Positions 27,823 through 42,793 of a stretch of 64,000 nt of DNA are shown here, one piece after another; position 1 is the first letter of the stretch, and each line of letters begins with the position of its first letter. The stretch lies in assembly GCA_951406725.2 (NCBI GenBank), contig OX597834.1:9238001-9302000 (forward strand). The letters run 5' to 3'. Below the pieces are notes generated by a model. It did not search any database, was not told the DNA's origin, and saw only the letters and a list, made by a program, of their open reading frames with translations. This DNA comes from Octopus vulgaris. Taxonomy: Eukaryota. The translations under genes were made by a program, and so were the position numbers.

Positions 27823-28514
27823 TACATATACATATGTATATACACACATATATACATATATATATATATAAATTATATCCTATAAATTTATTGTAGTATA
27901 TATGTATCATATATAAATATTAAATTCAGGAATTTCATAAATAATATATATACATATCTCATATATAATATATATTAGATTTATATTGTTGCCAAACATA
28001 TGTACATACATCATACATACATACATACATATATATATATTTATATACCATCAACCACCTTTGAAAAATTTGTGTTTGTATAATGCCTTCTTTTTTAAAT
28101 GTTAATAAATGGAGAAAATCAATTTCACCAGCTGGATTATGTAAATATGTCATCATACATTTACATAAGGATGTGGAAGAAATATGTGAAGAATATTTTA
28201 TAATTGTTATATTCTACATTTTATTGTTTTAATCTGTCTTTGAAACTATATTTTCCAAATCTTGCTTCAAAATACATTTAAATATGTATTTAACACTTCT
28301 TCTTTGACATAGGTTTTCATAGCTATGTATCTGTACACACAAACACACAATTTTACATATATATATATATATGTATGTATGTATGTATTCGTGCAATTAT
28401 ATATGTGTTGGTGTGTGGGCGCTTGCCTGTCTTCAGCTTCTAACGATTGTTTTGTTCACTCTGCTGTATGCAGAATCATTTCCATAAAATTGTGCTCGAA
28501 AATTGTAACCTAGA

Positions 28515-28915
28515 GGCGCAGTTGAGGCTGTATGGGAAAAAGCTTGCTTCTCAATCATATTCTATATTCAGCCCCACTGCGTGGAATATTGTGCAAGTGA
28601 TTTCTACTATAGCTTCGAGTGGATTTGGTAGACGGAAACTGAAAGAAGACTGTAGTACATATATTCATACTTATGTGCGTGCATGGGTGTGTTTTGTGCG
28701 TGTGTTTGTTTATGCCCTCGACTGCACTTCACAACGGGTTTTGGTCTGCTTACGTCACTGCAACATTGTGGTTCGGCAAATAGAGACCGAAAGAACGAGT
28801 AACTGACACTAAAATAAACAGGTACTTGGTTCGATTCATTCGACTAGACGTTCTCGAAGGTGGTGCCCCAACATGGCCGCAGTCTAACGACTGAAACCGA
28901 CAAAGGAAAATAGAT
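28515..28915 (+). mobile_element. SINE A, degenerate full length
   Basis: Head, middle and tail blocks recognisable. Confidence 0.8.
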
Positions 28916-30372
28916 AAAAATATATATTTTACTCTCTTTTCCCTTCGACGAATGAGTGCTGAATATCCATAACTGCACAATATACTAAGATCGATAATCT
29001 TCTGCGTCATCTCGTATTGGAATTCTCACTTATCTGGGATTTAAATTTCTGTTGGACGCGTTGCAACAGTGGTCTCCGTCATGTAAGGGTTTAATATACT
29101 TTGTTCTGCGCTGAGCTCTCTTCTCCTTCAAAGTATTGATCCTGGCTGCCTCAAAATCGAAGGTGGATTGGTAGCAGAAGCGTCTGTACTGAGGTTTCTT
29201 CAGTTGTGCTATTTTCTTTGTTTACACATTCATCTTGCTGGTTTTCAAGTAGGTTATAGAATGTTTTAATAACAGATCAGTAAGCGACATTAGTATCTGG
29301 CACCAGTATAATACTAACAGAAGATGCCAGTGTTCTTTCAATATGTATCACATGACCAACCCACATCTCTATAACTAACCTGTCACGTCTTGTAAGAAGT
29401 TCTGTTGGAGACATTATTCTTACATTTTTTGTTGAACAAGAACGAAAGCAGCAAAATATTGAATCATTGATGCCATTAAATACGACTCATATTGTGTCCG
29501 TGTTCCGAACCCATATAGTAAATTAAATCCACGGCAAATACTGTTTCTTAACTCTTGGTGACATTAAGATTATCGCATTTCAATCATGTCAGTTAACTGG
29601 TTGATTTCTTTTGTAACTATATCGATTTTCCATCACCAAATTCTGCACATTTGATGATTCAAACTTTGTGAAACTAGTAGCAAACGGTGTGTATTTTATC
29701 CAAATGTCATCTTTGTCCCATGTGCGTGCCTATGACGAAGAAAGACATGTAAACCAATCATACGATAGGTGTTGTATAAGCGGGAGCCGTCTCAAATATT
29801 TGATCGTTTGAACGTTTGCAATTTCCGAAATTAGCAACATAGTCCATCATTTGATGGACTATTGACGAAGATCGAAATATTATTAAGCAACAGGTGGTTT
29901 TACGCCTGTGGCAAATGACAGCCACTGCTACGTACCTCTCCAAAAATATGTTTGATTAAATATATGGACGTCTTCTTTTCTTTGCTAAGTTTTCCTATCT
30001 AGAATAGGATTGGATCTCTTTTTCTAACAAATTTCCACCTCACAGGAATTCAGAAACGTACAGTACTTCAAAACCTCTAAACTTTTAAACACTTCTGCAT
30101 ATGTTCATGCTTTAATTTGATAATAAATCACTTATAAATTGATTGCATTGTGTTACACCGATCCCTTGATATAAAAAAAAAAATCCACAACTTTTAGTTC
30201 ATTATTCTACGCGTGTAACAAAAAGAAATTAGGCGCTGGAATTGTCATGTATACTAATAAGCTTCAATATTATTGATATAAAATCTGTTTATTACGAAAC
30301 AGTATGTATAAACTACCTTTCTTTACTATTATTTTTTCCCTTTTTTATTATATACTTTCTATGTAGCCTATT

Positions 30373-30761
30373 GTGGAGGCGCAATGGCCCAGTGGTTAGG
30401 GCAGCGGACTCGCGGTCGTAGGATCGCGATTTCCATTCCCAGACCGGATGTTGTGAGTGTTTATTGAGCGAAAACACCTAAAAAGCTCCACGAGGCCCCG
30501 GCTGGGAATGGCGGTGATCCCTGCTGTACTCTTTCACCACAACTTTCTCTCACTCTTACTTCCTGTTTCTGTTGTACCTGTATTTCAAAGGGCCGGCCTT
30601 GTCACTCTCTGTGTCACGCTGAATATCCCCGAGAACTACGTTAAGGGTGCACGTGTCTGTGGAGTGCTCAGCCACTTACACGTTAGTTTCACGAGCAGGC
30701 TGTGCCGTTGATCGGATCAACCGGAACCCTCGTCGTCGTAACCGACGGAGTGCTTCCATCC
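30373..30761 (+). mobile_element. SINE family C, full length and young, 12-bp TSD
   Basis: tRNA-like head GTGGAGGCGCAATGGCCCAGTGG; TSD ATGTAGCCTATT at 30361-30372 and 30762-30773. Confidence 0.92.
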
Positions 30762-31165
30762 ATGTAGCCTATTCCAAACAAATATAATTTGGTCGCTAGG
30801 AGTTACATAAAGATAATGATGTAAAGCTTAATCTTAACCTTACCTTCCATATATTTTCATGCTCTGCTTAATTATCTTATTCGAAAGTGCAATTTACAAT
30901 GCATATACATGTGTCCGAATATAAATATATATATATATATGTATATGTGTATATATGCGTGTATGTGTATGCATAAATGAATCTGTATAAATACATATTT
31001 ATGCATATAATTTAAGTAGTTTCGTGTACATTACTTTCAGCGGCTTAGTGTTATCTTCCATTAATACATTAAAACTATACAGTAATTGATCGGTACGTAA
31101 ATTGATAATCAATTCTGAATGAGGTGCTTACTGTGGAAAGGTCTGAATTCAATTTCTCTATTATT

Positions 31166-31226
<61 letters not shown>

Positions 31227-31478
31227 TGTATTTATGGTACAGTTTAGGCATGCAGTTGTTGTCCGCAGTTGTGTTAAACTTCCGTTGGAGCTACTTCTGC
31301 AACTCCGCAGTGTCAGTTAGAGTAATTATATTAATTAACGATAAGATGGATTTATTAAACTTTATATTGTAAATGTTGAACGCAGTTCCACACATAGAGG
31401 ACAATAGCAGGGCGGATCGAAGCAAACGTTTTATAGAATGAAGTTTCATAACAAATCTATCATCTCGTTACTTAATTA

Positions 31479-31559
<81 letters not shown>

Positions 31560-31794
31560 GAGTTGATAGGAATAAATTATCAACGCGGCTAACATAAGAG
31601 CACTCATTTATAATCGGTTTCTGGCTTAGCAGCATAGAATTACAAATTGGCCTCAGAAATTGCTTCTTCTCGTCTCATACACTTAATTTAATCTCATTTC
31701 ATTACCAGTAGTTGACCGCAATATCGGACGATCACAAACTGACAGTCCTGTACCCATATATGCATGTATATATACATGTAGAGGTAGGTACCAC

Positions 31795-32440
31795 CAAGCA
31801 ACTAAAAGCCTCGAAAATATTTGGTCCCGACAACATTCCAGCTATAGTTTGGAAGGATGATAGATTTCACACACTTTTGCTCAACATTTGCAACCACACA
31901 CTTTCCACCTTTGTCGCTCCAAAGATTTGGCACCAATCTCAAATCATCCCAATACCCAAAAAGGCGATTTATCCCTCGTCACCAACTACAGGGGTATATC
32001 TCTAATGTCAATAGCTGCAAAACTGTACAACAAACTGATCCTAAATCGTCTTGTCCTTTTTGTTGAACCTTTGCTCCGAAAGAACCAAAATGGATTCAGA
32101 CATGGGCGCTCAACGCTGAGCCAGATACTATGCCTACGCAGACTTATTGAAGAATCAAAAGCATTTAATCGCGAACTACCACCTGTGTCATCTCTTGTGA
32201 AAGGTAGGAGAGTCCAGTTTGATGGACATTGCTGTAGAGCTGAAAAAGAGGTAATTTCTACTCTTCTCCTCTGGAAGCCATCTACTCGCAATACCAGAGG
32301 GCGCACACTCTCCTACCCTGACGTAATCTCTAGGGATACAGGCATCCAGCAACGGGGCCTCCGTAATGCCATGATGGACCGTGAAGTCTGGCGTAGCATG
32401 ATAAATTCCATTGTCTCGACCACGGTCGAACAATGATGAT
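31795..32440 (+). mobile_element. RTE-clade LINE remnant, 5'-truncated and internally deleted
   Basis: GPDNIP..W, IIPIPKK/GD..NYRGISLMSIAAKLYNK, QNGFR.GRST joined to the C-terminus RRVQFDGHC..LLLWKP..MMDREVWR; one frameshift; TGATGAT tail. Confidence 0.9.
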
Positions 32441-32727
32441 CTCTAGTGGTAATGGATTCCATTACGAATGAGACCAAGGAATGTCATTAGATCAACTCAG
32501 CGCTAGAGTTGTTGAGGGTTTATCTCCATGCTAGCGATATAAACAAGCGTGCATTTCTGTCATGGTAAAACCCGTAATAAGTTTACAGAACATCCAATTT
32601 TAAGTGGGGATAGATAGATAGATAGATCGATAGATAAGTAAATAGGTAGATAGTTGGATAGATAGATAGATAGATAGGTTGGTAGATATAGATATGTATG
32701 TAGGTAGGTAGATAGATAAATAGATAA

Positions 32728-33095
32728 GTTTCTTTATTGGCCACACAGGGCTGCACACAGATGGGACAAGTTACAAGGTGGAGCTTTTCTTTTGGGGGAG
32801 AAAAAAAAGAAAAAAAAAGGTGGCGTAGGTTTTCGATCAAAAGGGATCGTAAAAGGAAAAAAAGAAAAAAGAGGAAATGAAAAAAAAGGAAAAGAAAAAA
32901 GGAAAATAAAAAAAGGGAAAAAAGAAAAGAAAAATTAAAAAAAGAAAAAGAGGAAAAAAGGGGTAGAGGAAAAAAAAACGATCAATAGGGATCGTGTATC
33001 GCAGTGTCATGATGTATGGTGTAAAGGGGAAAGCAAGTAAGGTTTATCCGTGGGAAGAAAAGCCTACGAAAAAGACCCCGGTAACCTTGGTCAAT
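32728..33095 (-). mobile_element. Probable LINE (L1/Tx1-like) 3' UTR fragment inside (GATA)n
   Basis: Minus strand is pyrimidine-rich and ends GTGGCCAATAAAGAAAC; flanked on both sides by GATA/GGTA repeats; clade is inferred. Confidence 0.45.
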
Positions 33096-33201
33096 ATTGT
33101 TATATGTTAGATAGATATGTAGGTAGGTAGATGATAGTTAGATAGATAGGTAGATAGATATGCAGGATATATGAATATGCATATTTTTATTTATAGAGAT
33201 A

Positions 33202-33588
33202 CTAGCAGTATCGCCCGGCGTTGCTCGGGTTTGTAAGGGAAATAACTATAAAGCATTTTTAGAGAGTTATAGCCAAAAAATAGCAAAAAGATAGGAAAAA
33301 AATTATGGTTAATTTTTTTTTTTAGTTAAAAAAGGTGGAGTTGCGTCCCCTAGACAGTTTGCGGTTTGTGTTTCTGATTCTCGACCCCATGTCGAATTTA
33401 TCGATTTTTTTCAGAACTGGGGGAACTTTTCAAAATGTTCGCTGCGTTAGTTTTGAATTATGACATTGGGCTATGTGTGTGTCAAGTTTCATCAGAATCG
33501 GTTGAAAGCCGTGGTCAGGGTGAGGGTACAAGAAAACAGACACACAGAAACACGCAGACAGACAAACTGCCGTTTATATAGAGAGGGA
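33202..33588 (-). mobile_element. Non-autonomous Helitron (family 2)
   Basis: 5' TC, 3' hairpin CCCGAGCAACGCCGGG plus CTAG; highly similar to the 42794 and 45050 copies. Confidence 0.9.
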
Positions 33589-34293
33589 TTAGTGCGTTGA
33601 TATGGTGTAAGTAACAGAACTATGTTGCCCACTCACATTCCCAAAGCAAGTCACACAAGGCAAATTATTATTAACAACAACACAACAGAAGCTGAGTACC
33701 ATATTTATTACGACGGACAACTAATTGTCAGTCTAAACTTCCATCAACTGAGCTATTTTGAGAATCTGCAAATGGCTCCAAAACTTTAGTTATATATATT
33801 TATTTTCATAAAAATTAAATCTTATAATGCGTTAAGTAGTTACTGCAGAAAAAGAATCACATAAGTAATTAAAATGAAATTCAAATAAATTTGTTGTTTT
33901 CGTTTAATTTTGTAGCGTTTTTCATGTTTACATCTCTATATTACATTTGTTCATAAAGTATATATTTACATAAATGATAAACAGAACTATGGCAGATTTG
34001 GTAAACAGTATAATTAACACGATATAACGTTTCTATCCAGTATGACACTCTCTGCAAAACACACACTGAGTAAATGAGTCATCGCAGGGCCTGCAAATAA
34101 TAGCAGTTAATGTCTTGCAAAAGCATCCCTAAACGCTATAGGGAACAATGTAATGACTGATATAGAATGGTTTAAATGGCCTAATTTGGAACAGCGTCTT
34201 TGATAGTTACTCAACTGAGAGTTATTTCAGACCAGCTGAAATATGTTACCAGCTAGGTACAGCACCCATATTGTTTATATATATATCAGACGC

Positions 34294-34489
34294 CATGATA
34301 GATCGTTAGCCACTACACACGTTTTTTTCTTTCCTTGTTTCTCTCAGTTTTTTTCTGCGTCCCTTTCTGTAGAAGAGCGTAGGCTCGAAACGTAAAAGAG
34401 TTTTTCTATTCCTAAGCGTTATACTAATACATATGTTTGTTTTGTACACCACCAGTCTTCGTCTTTTGTTTTTATTTTTCGTAAACTCT

Positions 34490-34492
<3 letters not shown>
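34294..34492 (+). mobile_element. Short pLTR-like element beside (TA)n, hammerhead-like motif at 34363-34398
   Basis: CTTT-CTGTAGA-A-GAGC-GTAG-GCTC-GAAA-CGTA-AAAG; second copy at 54094. Confidence 0.7.
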
Positions 34493-34542
<50 letters not shown>

Positions 34543-35420
34543 CAGGTTGCAGTGAATAAGCTGGCGTCTAAATTATGCAAAAATGAAAATAACACTGACG
34601 CTGAATATTTACCAAAATTACATAAGGATATCTTGAAATACTAAAGATTAAAAATGTATTGAATACAATTGCCATTGGCTTCAACCACAGCCTCCAGACA
34701 ATTTCTGAATCTCCGGCAATTCCTCTGAACGGACTCCTTGTTTAAGTTGGTGAATATTGCCATTATCCTTGCCTTCAGTTCATCTTTGGTGCTACAAGGA
34801 ATTTTGTTTGCTTCTTGCTCAACTGCTCCCCACACATAATAGTAAATGGCTTTGCTGTCTGGGGAGTTAGGTCACCAAATGCTGGAGGTAATGTGGTCAC
34901 AGAAATTCTCTGACAGCCATGAATGGGTTCTCTTGTTTGTGTGGCATTGTGCGGAGACATGTTGCTTGATACAGGGTCTTCCAGCAGCCACTCTCTTGAT
35001 TCAGAGCAGCACTACCTCCTCCAATCACTTGATGTAGGCCTCCATGTTGAGACTGAGATCGTGTGGGAAGATGAATGGAGACGTAATGCTGCCATCGCTA
35101 GTGATAACTTTATACACCATGATGTTGACTGGATGTTTTATATTTATCACTCTCGGTACATGTCCTCAGATTGCATTCTCCATAGATTGACGCTCAAGCA
35201 CCCTGAAATATTCGTATCGGAACTTCAGGCGCGAGCGTCAAGCAGTACAGCATGTCACTTCCGAATTTCTGGGAGAGTGTTTTGCATCATGGTGTTGTTA
35301 TTCTCACAGACGATATCCATCTGACCCTACTAGATTTTGTTTTAGTCAAAATCAAAAATAAACAATGAGCATGCGCGAAATTAAAAGTAAGAAAGGGCAG
35401 AAATTTCTCATCGCAACATA
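34543..35420 (-). mobile_element. Decayed Tc1/mariner-superfamily element, maT/DD37D-type
   Basis: QHVSAQCHT...IW*PNSPDSKAIYYYVWGAVEQ...EAVVEANG; 37 residues between the positions of the 2nd and 3rd catalytic Asp (both mutated); TA-flanked degenerate TIRs. Confidence 0.8.
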
Positions 35421-35428
35421 TATATGTA

Positions 35429-35735
35429 TATTTCTTTCTGCCCACAAGGGGCTAAACACAGAGGGGACAGACGAACGGATTAAGTCGATTACATCGATCC
35501 CAGTTCGTAACAGGTACTTAATTTATCTCCCCGAAAGGATGAAGGTCAAAGTCGACAGACAAACGGATTAAATCGATTATATCGACCCAGTGCGTGACTG
35601 GTACTTATATCATCGACCCCGAAAGGATGAAAGGCAAAGTCAACCTCGGCGGAATTTGAACTCAGAACGCAGCGGCGGACGAAGTACCACAAAGCATTTC
35701 GCCCAGCATGCTAACGTTTCTGCCAGCTCGCCGCC
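35429..35735 (-). mobile_element. SINE B, full length, with an internal ~87 bp duplication
   Basis: Head GGCGGCGAGCTGGCAGAAACGTTAGC; GACAGAC.AACGGATTAA...GAAAGGATGAA block present twice. Confidence 0.9.
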
Positions 35736-35750
35736 TTAATATATATATGT

Positions 35751-36143
35751 AAGCGCAGGAGTGGTTATTTGGTAACTAGCTTGCTAACCAACCACATAGG
35801 TTCAGTTGCACTGCGTGTCACCTTGAATAAGTGTCTTCTACTATCGCCTCGGACCGACCAAAGGCATGTGAGTGGATCTGGTAGACGGAAACTTAAAGAC
35901 GCCCGTCATATGTATGTATATGTATATACGTGTCTGTGTTTGTTTCCCCAACATCGCTTCACGACCGATGCTGGTGTGTTTACGTCACTGTAAATTAGCG
36001 GTTCGGCAAAAGAGACAGGCCGATAGAATAAGTACTAGGCTTAAAAGAATAAGTCATGGGGTCGATTTGCTCGACTAAAGGCGGTGCTCCAGCATGGCCG
36101 CAGTCCAATGACTGAAAAAAGTTAAACAGTAAGAGAGTAAAAG
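35751..36143 (+). mobile_element. SINE A, full length
   Basis: All blocks present. Confidence 0.9.
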
Positions 36144-36849
36144 GGAAAGATATAGACAGACAGAGAGATGTATCTCTCTCTCTTTATATATATATATGTA
36201 TATATATATGCATATATTGAAGTTCTTTACATAATTTCTTGTTCTCTCGTCATCTATTCGATTTTTCATTACACTATGTATTCGACTAATGCTTCTTCCT
36301 GGAGATTATGCATATCGATTTGTAACACCAGGTTAGTAGTATCCATATGCCTATACGGAATATGTTTATATATCTGTCTATCTATCTATCTATCTATCTA
36401 TTTTTCTATCAACCCATTTATTTATCTATCTGTGTGTATGTGTGTCCATGTGTTTGTGTTCCTTCCCTACCAATCGCTTGAGAATCGGTATCGGTTTGCT
36501 TACCTTCCTGTACCATAGCGGTTCAGCTAGAGAGACCAATACAACAACTAGCAAACTATAAATAGACATATACTGGAAATAGATTTGCTCCACTAAAATC
36601 GATCAAAGCGATGCCCCAGCATGGACGCATTCCAATACGTGAGTTTCGCCAGCATTTAAATCAATTATATAGAAACATATGCAGCCGCCTCACAATCGCC
36701 AGCAAATACCAACAATCAAGTCAATTTTCTCTTTAGTAATGTCCGTTATTCTCACGACATCCTTCACAACTTGTCCAGCTTTCACCACTCTCATGCAGAG
36801 AGATATGTTTATATAGAACATAACTATCAAGAAATAAAACTGCACGAAT

Positions 36850-37910
<1,061 letters not shown>

Positions 37911-38458
37911 ATGAGAATATTTTTAATATGAGAGAAGTAAATATCAACTAGAGAAAGAAGCAAAACAACAACAATAATATGTATAAAATATATCAGACGA
38001 AAACAGCAGTCACAATTCTGTTATAAGTTGCATGCTCTAGTAGACAACTATGGTGTGTGTATCTTGCTATTCGTTTTGTCCGTCGGGTATCTCCTATATT
38101 GATTTATTGATTGAAGACATCATTGTGGCAAGGTATTTTTTTTTTTTTTATATTCTGCTTCTATAGAAAAGTCTCTGCAGAGTATCAAATCTAATACATC
38201 TTGTACTTGCAAATAAACATAAGAGATAGAGTGAATAATGATTCATACGACGAACCAATACCGGAGCTTGCTTAGTTTAGCTTAGCTTAGCTTAGCTAGC
38301 GTGCTGGCTTTCAAAAATCAGTCCACCATCACCGCCGTTTAGAAAAGAGAGTGAAGATGGAAAAACATATGCGGCCGTCATTGATATTCAGCATAAGTGC
38401 GAGCGTGCGAAAGTGTATATGCAAAGGGCATCTGTATATGGCTCTATGCGCCCCGCTG

Positions 38459-38459
<1 letters not shown>

Positions 38460-38498
<39 letters not shown>

Positions 38499-39145
38499 TA
38501 TTTATATAATCAAATGTATATGCGTATATATCTACAAAAGTGTTTGTGTGATTTTATTCACATATATGCACATACATGCATATATGTATAAATATATATA
38601 TATGTGCATATACACATATATGTATATATATATAAATATATATATATGTACATATACAGACATATATGTACATATATACATACATATATGTATAAATATA
38701 TATATATATATATGTATATATACACACATATATGTATATATATATACATATATATACATACATATATGTATAAACATATATATGTATATGTATATATACA
38801 CACATATATGTATATATATATACATATATATATATACATACATATATGTATAAACATATATATGTACACATACACACATATATATACATACATATATGTA
38901 TAAATATATATATATGTACACATACACACATATATATATACATACATATATGTATAAATATATATATATATGTACACATACACACATATATGTATATACA
39001 TATATATATATACATATATATCTATATATATACATATACATACATATATGTATAAATATATTTATACACATATATGTTTATATATATATATGCATAAATA
39101 TATTTATACACACATATATTTATATATATATATATATTATATATA
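38460..39145. repeat. Complex (TA)/(CATA) array
   Basis: Read directly. Confidence 0.95.
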
Positions 39146-39770
39146 TTGGTGACGGTATTGTTTACTAATACAACTAAATATTTCTTCAAAATATGAATGT
39201 GTGTCTGTGTATGGGCATTTATAGAAGTGTATGTGCATATGTGGCACTGTGACAGGCCATGGTAGTTTATGTTTTGCCAATACCACGTAGTTGTATTTCT
39301 TCTTCCCATATAAGTTTTAAGCATATGAATGATTACGTGCGTGTGACTGAATGCAAAAGTGTTGCTGTCCTTTCAGTTGTGTTAAATGGAGAATTAGAGT
39401 GGAGTTTCAGTTGCTAGATGCTTATGTAACAAGTGAGCGCCGATGAAAATCAGTGCTTCAGCTGAACCTGATAGAAATAGCTGCCTAAAGTCCCTTGTAT
39501 CACGTTTTAGCTCTTATTGACGGCCAGTGATTCTTTACTCCGAGTCATTTGTTACGAGAAAAATTAGAGGCTAATGAACTGCATTAATGAAGATGCTACA
39601 CACGGAAGATAAATATTCCTCATATTTTTTATAATGATCCATGGGGAGGAAAAAAAGAGAAATTGTAGCTCACTTCACAACATGCTATGTTTAAGGAATC
39701 TTAGACAAGTTGAAACCTTCTTAGGAGCTCTAATCACCAAACAATCACAGGAGGGGCACTGATATTCTAT

Positions 39771-39934
39771 CGTAGGTGTAACTGTGTGGTAACTAGCTTG
39801 CTTAGCAACCACATGGTTCCGTGTTCAGTCCCACTGCGTGGCACCTTGAGCAAGTTTCTTCTACTATAATCTCGGGCCAACCAAACCTTGTGAGTGGATT
39901 TGATAGACAGAACCTGAAAGAAGCCTGTCGCGTG

Positions 39935-39970
<36 letters not shown>

Positions 39971-40190
39971 GTGTGTGTGTTTGTTTGTTTGTCCTCCGAC
40001 CACCGCTTGACAACCGATGTTGGTCTGTTTACGTCCACGTAATTTAGTGGTTCGTCAAAAGAGGCCGATAGAATAAGTCCTAGGCTTACAAAGAATCCTG
40101 GGTCCAAGACCTGGGGTCGATTTGGTCGACTAAAGGCGAATGTCCAGCATGGCCACAGTCACATGACTGAAACAAATACAAGAGTAAAAG
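39771..40190 (+). mobile_element. SINE A, full length
   Basis: All blocks present. Confidence 0.9.
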
Positions 40191-40204
40191 ATATATATAT
40201 ACAA

Positions 40205-40235
<31 letters not shown>

Positions 40236-40245
40236 AACAACAATC

Positions 40246-40374
40246 TGCTTTCAGTTTCCGTTTACCAAATCCCCTCACAAGTCTTTGGTCGGCCCGAATC
40301 TATAGCAGAATGTACTTGCCCGAACCCGGAACCATGCGGTTTGCAAATAAGCTTCTTGCCACACGACCACACCT
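40246..40374 (-). mobile_element. SINE A head with an internal deletion
   Basis: Reverse-complement homology; similar variant at 45612-45725. Confidence 0.75.
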
Positions 40375-41088
40375 ATATCTCGATAGACCTAAAATGACGT
40401 AACCTTTTAGAGGCTAGCGTGCGAAGCCAGTGAGATTTATGCAGCGGGGCGAACGAGCGCATACAACTTCCTGTCTTGGATTTGATAACAGGTCTGCTCA
40501 ATCGAGGCTGAAGTAAAACTAAATAACAACCAACAATAGCCACAACAACAAATACATTATCTCCAATGTTATAATATAGAAATCAACGTGTTCTCTATGA
40601 TGTACGGTCAAACTGTCTCAGGAAAACGTGATGTTTGTATCGATTGATACGTACCAGTCAGCATCCAAATAACTGGATGTCTACACATAAATAATTTTAT
40701 GTTGAAATCATGCGAATATATCCTGCAGGTTTTCATTGATATGAGAATATTCCATCGTCTTCGGTCCATAACTAAGTGACTCCGGATTTATTAAATGATT
40801 TAGGATTTTTTTTTTTTTTTGTTATTTCAAACAACATTAAGGATGGTTTGATATCTTATATTTACTTCAGATGTGCGTGTTGTTCCGTATTGTTAAGTGC
40901 TCCACGATTTCTGAATACAATAATTCAAATGATGAGTGCATTTTTGCATCGCTATTACAACAAACAAACACACACACTCACATACACAGATGTGCATACA
41001 AAAATACACAAACACGCATTCATACACGCATTCAAACATAGACATACAGACACACTGTGGTATTCACAAACATACACGTATACATATG

Positions 41089-41127
<39 letters not shown>

Positions 41128-41129
<2 letters not shown>

Positions 41130-41478
41130 TGTGTGTGTGTGTGTACATATATATACGTATTATGCATATCAGTATATTCATATATTCATGTGTGTGTGTG
41201 TGTGTGTATATGCCTATGTGATATATATAAAACGCCTATATATATATGAGTGTATAAAGTATGTACGTAGGTAAATATATGTGCATTTATATATATATAT
41301 ATATATATATATAAATGTGTGTGTATACATATTATACATATCAGTATATTCATATATTCATGTGTGTGTGTATTCATACATATGTGTATATATGCCTGTG
41401 TGATATATATATAAAACGCCTATATATATATATGAGTGTATAAAGTATGTACATAGATAAATATATGTGCGTTTATAT
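41128..41478. repeat. ~185 bp tandem duplication between (TA)n runs
   Basis: CATATCAGTATATTCATATATTCATG...AAAACGCCTATA...GAGTGTATAAAGTATGTAC present twice. Confidence 0.85.
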
Positions 41479-41523
<45 letters not shown>

Positions 41524-41987
41524 CGTATGTTTGTGTTCATAGGTACACACATTATACATTGACGCATTTACGTACACCAGAAAGATTAAGCGGAAACAAG
41601 GTTTCAGCGACGCAAGTATACAAATCATAGAAACAGCAGAACACAAAAATAGCCCCGAGATGATAAACATCCTCCTCTACCAGTTCCAGTCGAAAAGCTG
41701 CAACATCCTATGAAATCAAAAATTAATGTCTTGCTTTGTACTTGCGAGGACAGAAATCGATACAGCTTACCTTTTTAATCTTGCCTAGTGTACTTCATTC
41801 TTAATTCACCGACAGATTATCGAGTTGTTCCTTGCATATTATGACATATATTTTCTTAGGATTTGAACATTTTGGGTCGAGAATGTTAGCAGGATTTCTA
41901 TTGTTCCAAATGACTGTTTACTCCACCCCATTCTAGAATTTATATACACACACACACACACACATGTATATATATGTATATATATAT

Positions 41988-42376
41988 GCGCAGTTGTGGC
42001 TGTGTGGTAAATAGCTTGTTTACGAACCACATGGTTCGGGGTTCAGTCCCACTGCGTGGCACCTTGGGAAAGTGTCTTCTACTATAGCCTCAGGCCGACC
42101 AAAGCCTTGTGAGTGGATTTGGTAGACGGAAACTGAAAGAAGCCTATATATATATATGTGTGTGTGTCTGTGTTTGTTCACCCAACATCGCTTGACAACC
42201 GATGCTGGTGGTGTTTACGTCCCCGTGAATTAGTGGTTCGGCAAAAGATACCGATAGAATAAGTACTAGTCTTACAAAGAATAAGCCCTGGGGTCGATGT
42301 GATCGACTTAATAGGTGGTGCTCTAGCATGGCCACAGTAAAAAAACTGAAACAAGTAAAAGAGTAAAGAGAGTAAA

Positions 42377-42379
<3 letters not shown>
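41988..42379 (+). mobile_element. SINE A, full length
   Basis: All blocks present. Confidence 0.9.
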
Positions 42380-42410
<31 letters not shown>

Positions 42411-42412
<2 letters not shown>

Positions 42413-42562
42413 CTTTATTGCCCACAAGGGGCTAAACATAAACAAAGACAGACAAAGGGATTAAGTCGAATGCATCGACCCCAGAGCGTAACTAGTACAT
42501 TATTTATCGACCCCGAAAGGATGAAAGGCAAAGTCGACATCGGCGGAATTTGAACTCAGAAC

Positions 42563-42563
<1 letters not shown>
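42411..42563 (-). mobile_element. SINE B, 5'-truncated, between (TA)n runs
   Basis: Homology to the 35429 copy. Confidence 0.88.
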
Positions 42564-42615
<52 letters not shown>

Positions 42616-42793
42616 AGTGTGGATCAGTAAATCGATTCAGGTGAAAATTACGCATCAAGCATTATCAAGACCTGTATAGAAAACGCAAATGAATCCTTAA
42701 TTGATTAACAAATTTTATTAATCTACGCATCAAATACAATTCGTCCCATAACGGTATTAAACAGAAACATCCGATAAAGTGCCAGATACTATA

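Noticed and set aside
29180-29420. Possible second, very old RTE C-terminal remnant
   Set aside because: Similarity to the 32170 region is too weak to support by eye
29839-29862. 11-bp perfect hairpin ATAGTCCATCA-TT-TGATGGACTAT
   Set aside because: Isolated, with no supporting context; function cannot be inferred
30373-30445. tRNA gene (also 9403, 15519 and 61280)
   Set aside because: tRNA-derived SINE heads that continue into element bodies; no complete cloverleaf or terminator
38271-38298. (CTTAG)n as a telomere-like repeat
   Set aside because: Only about five units and not TTAGGG
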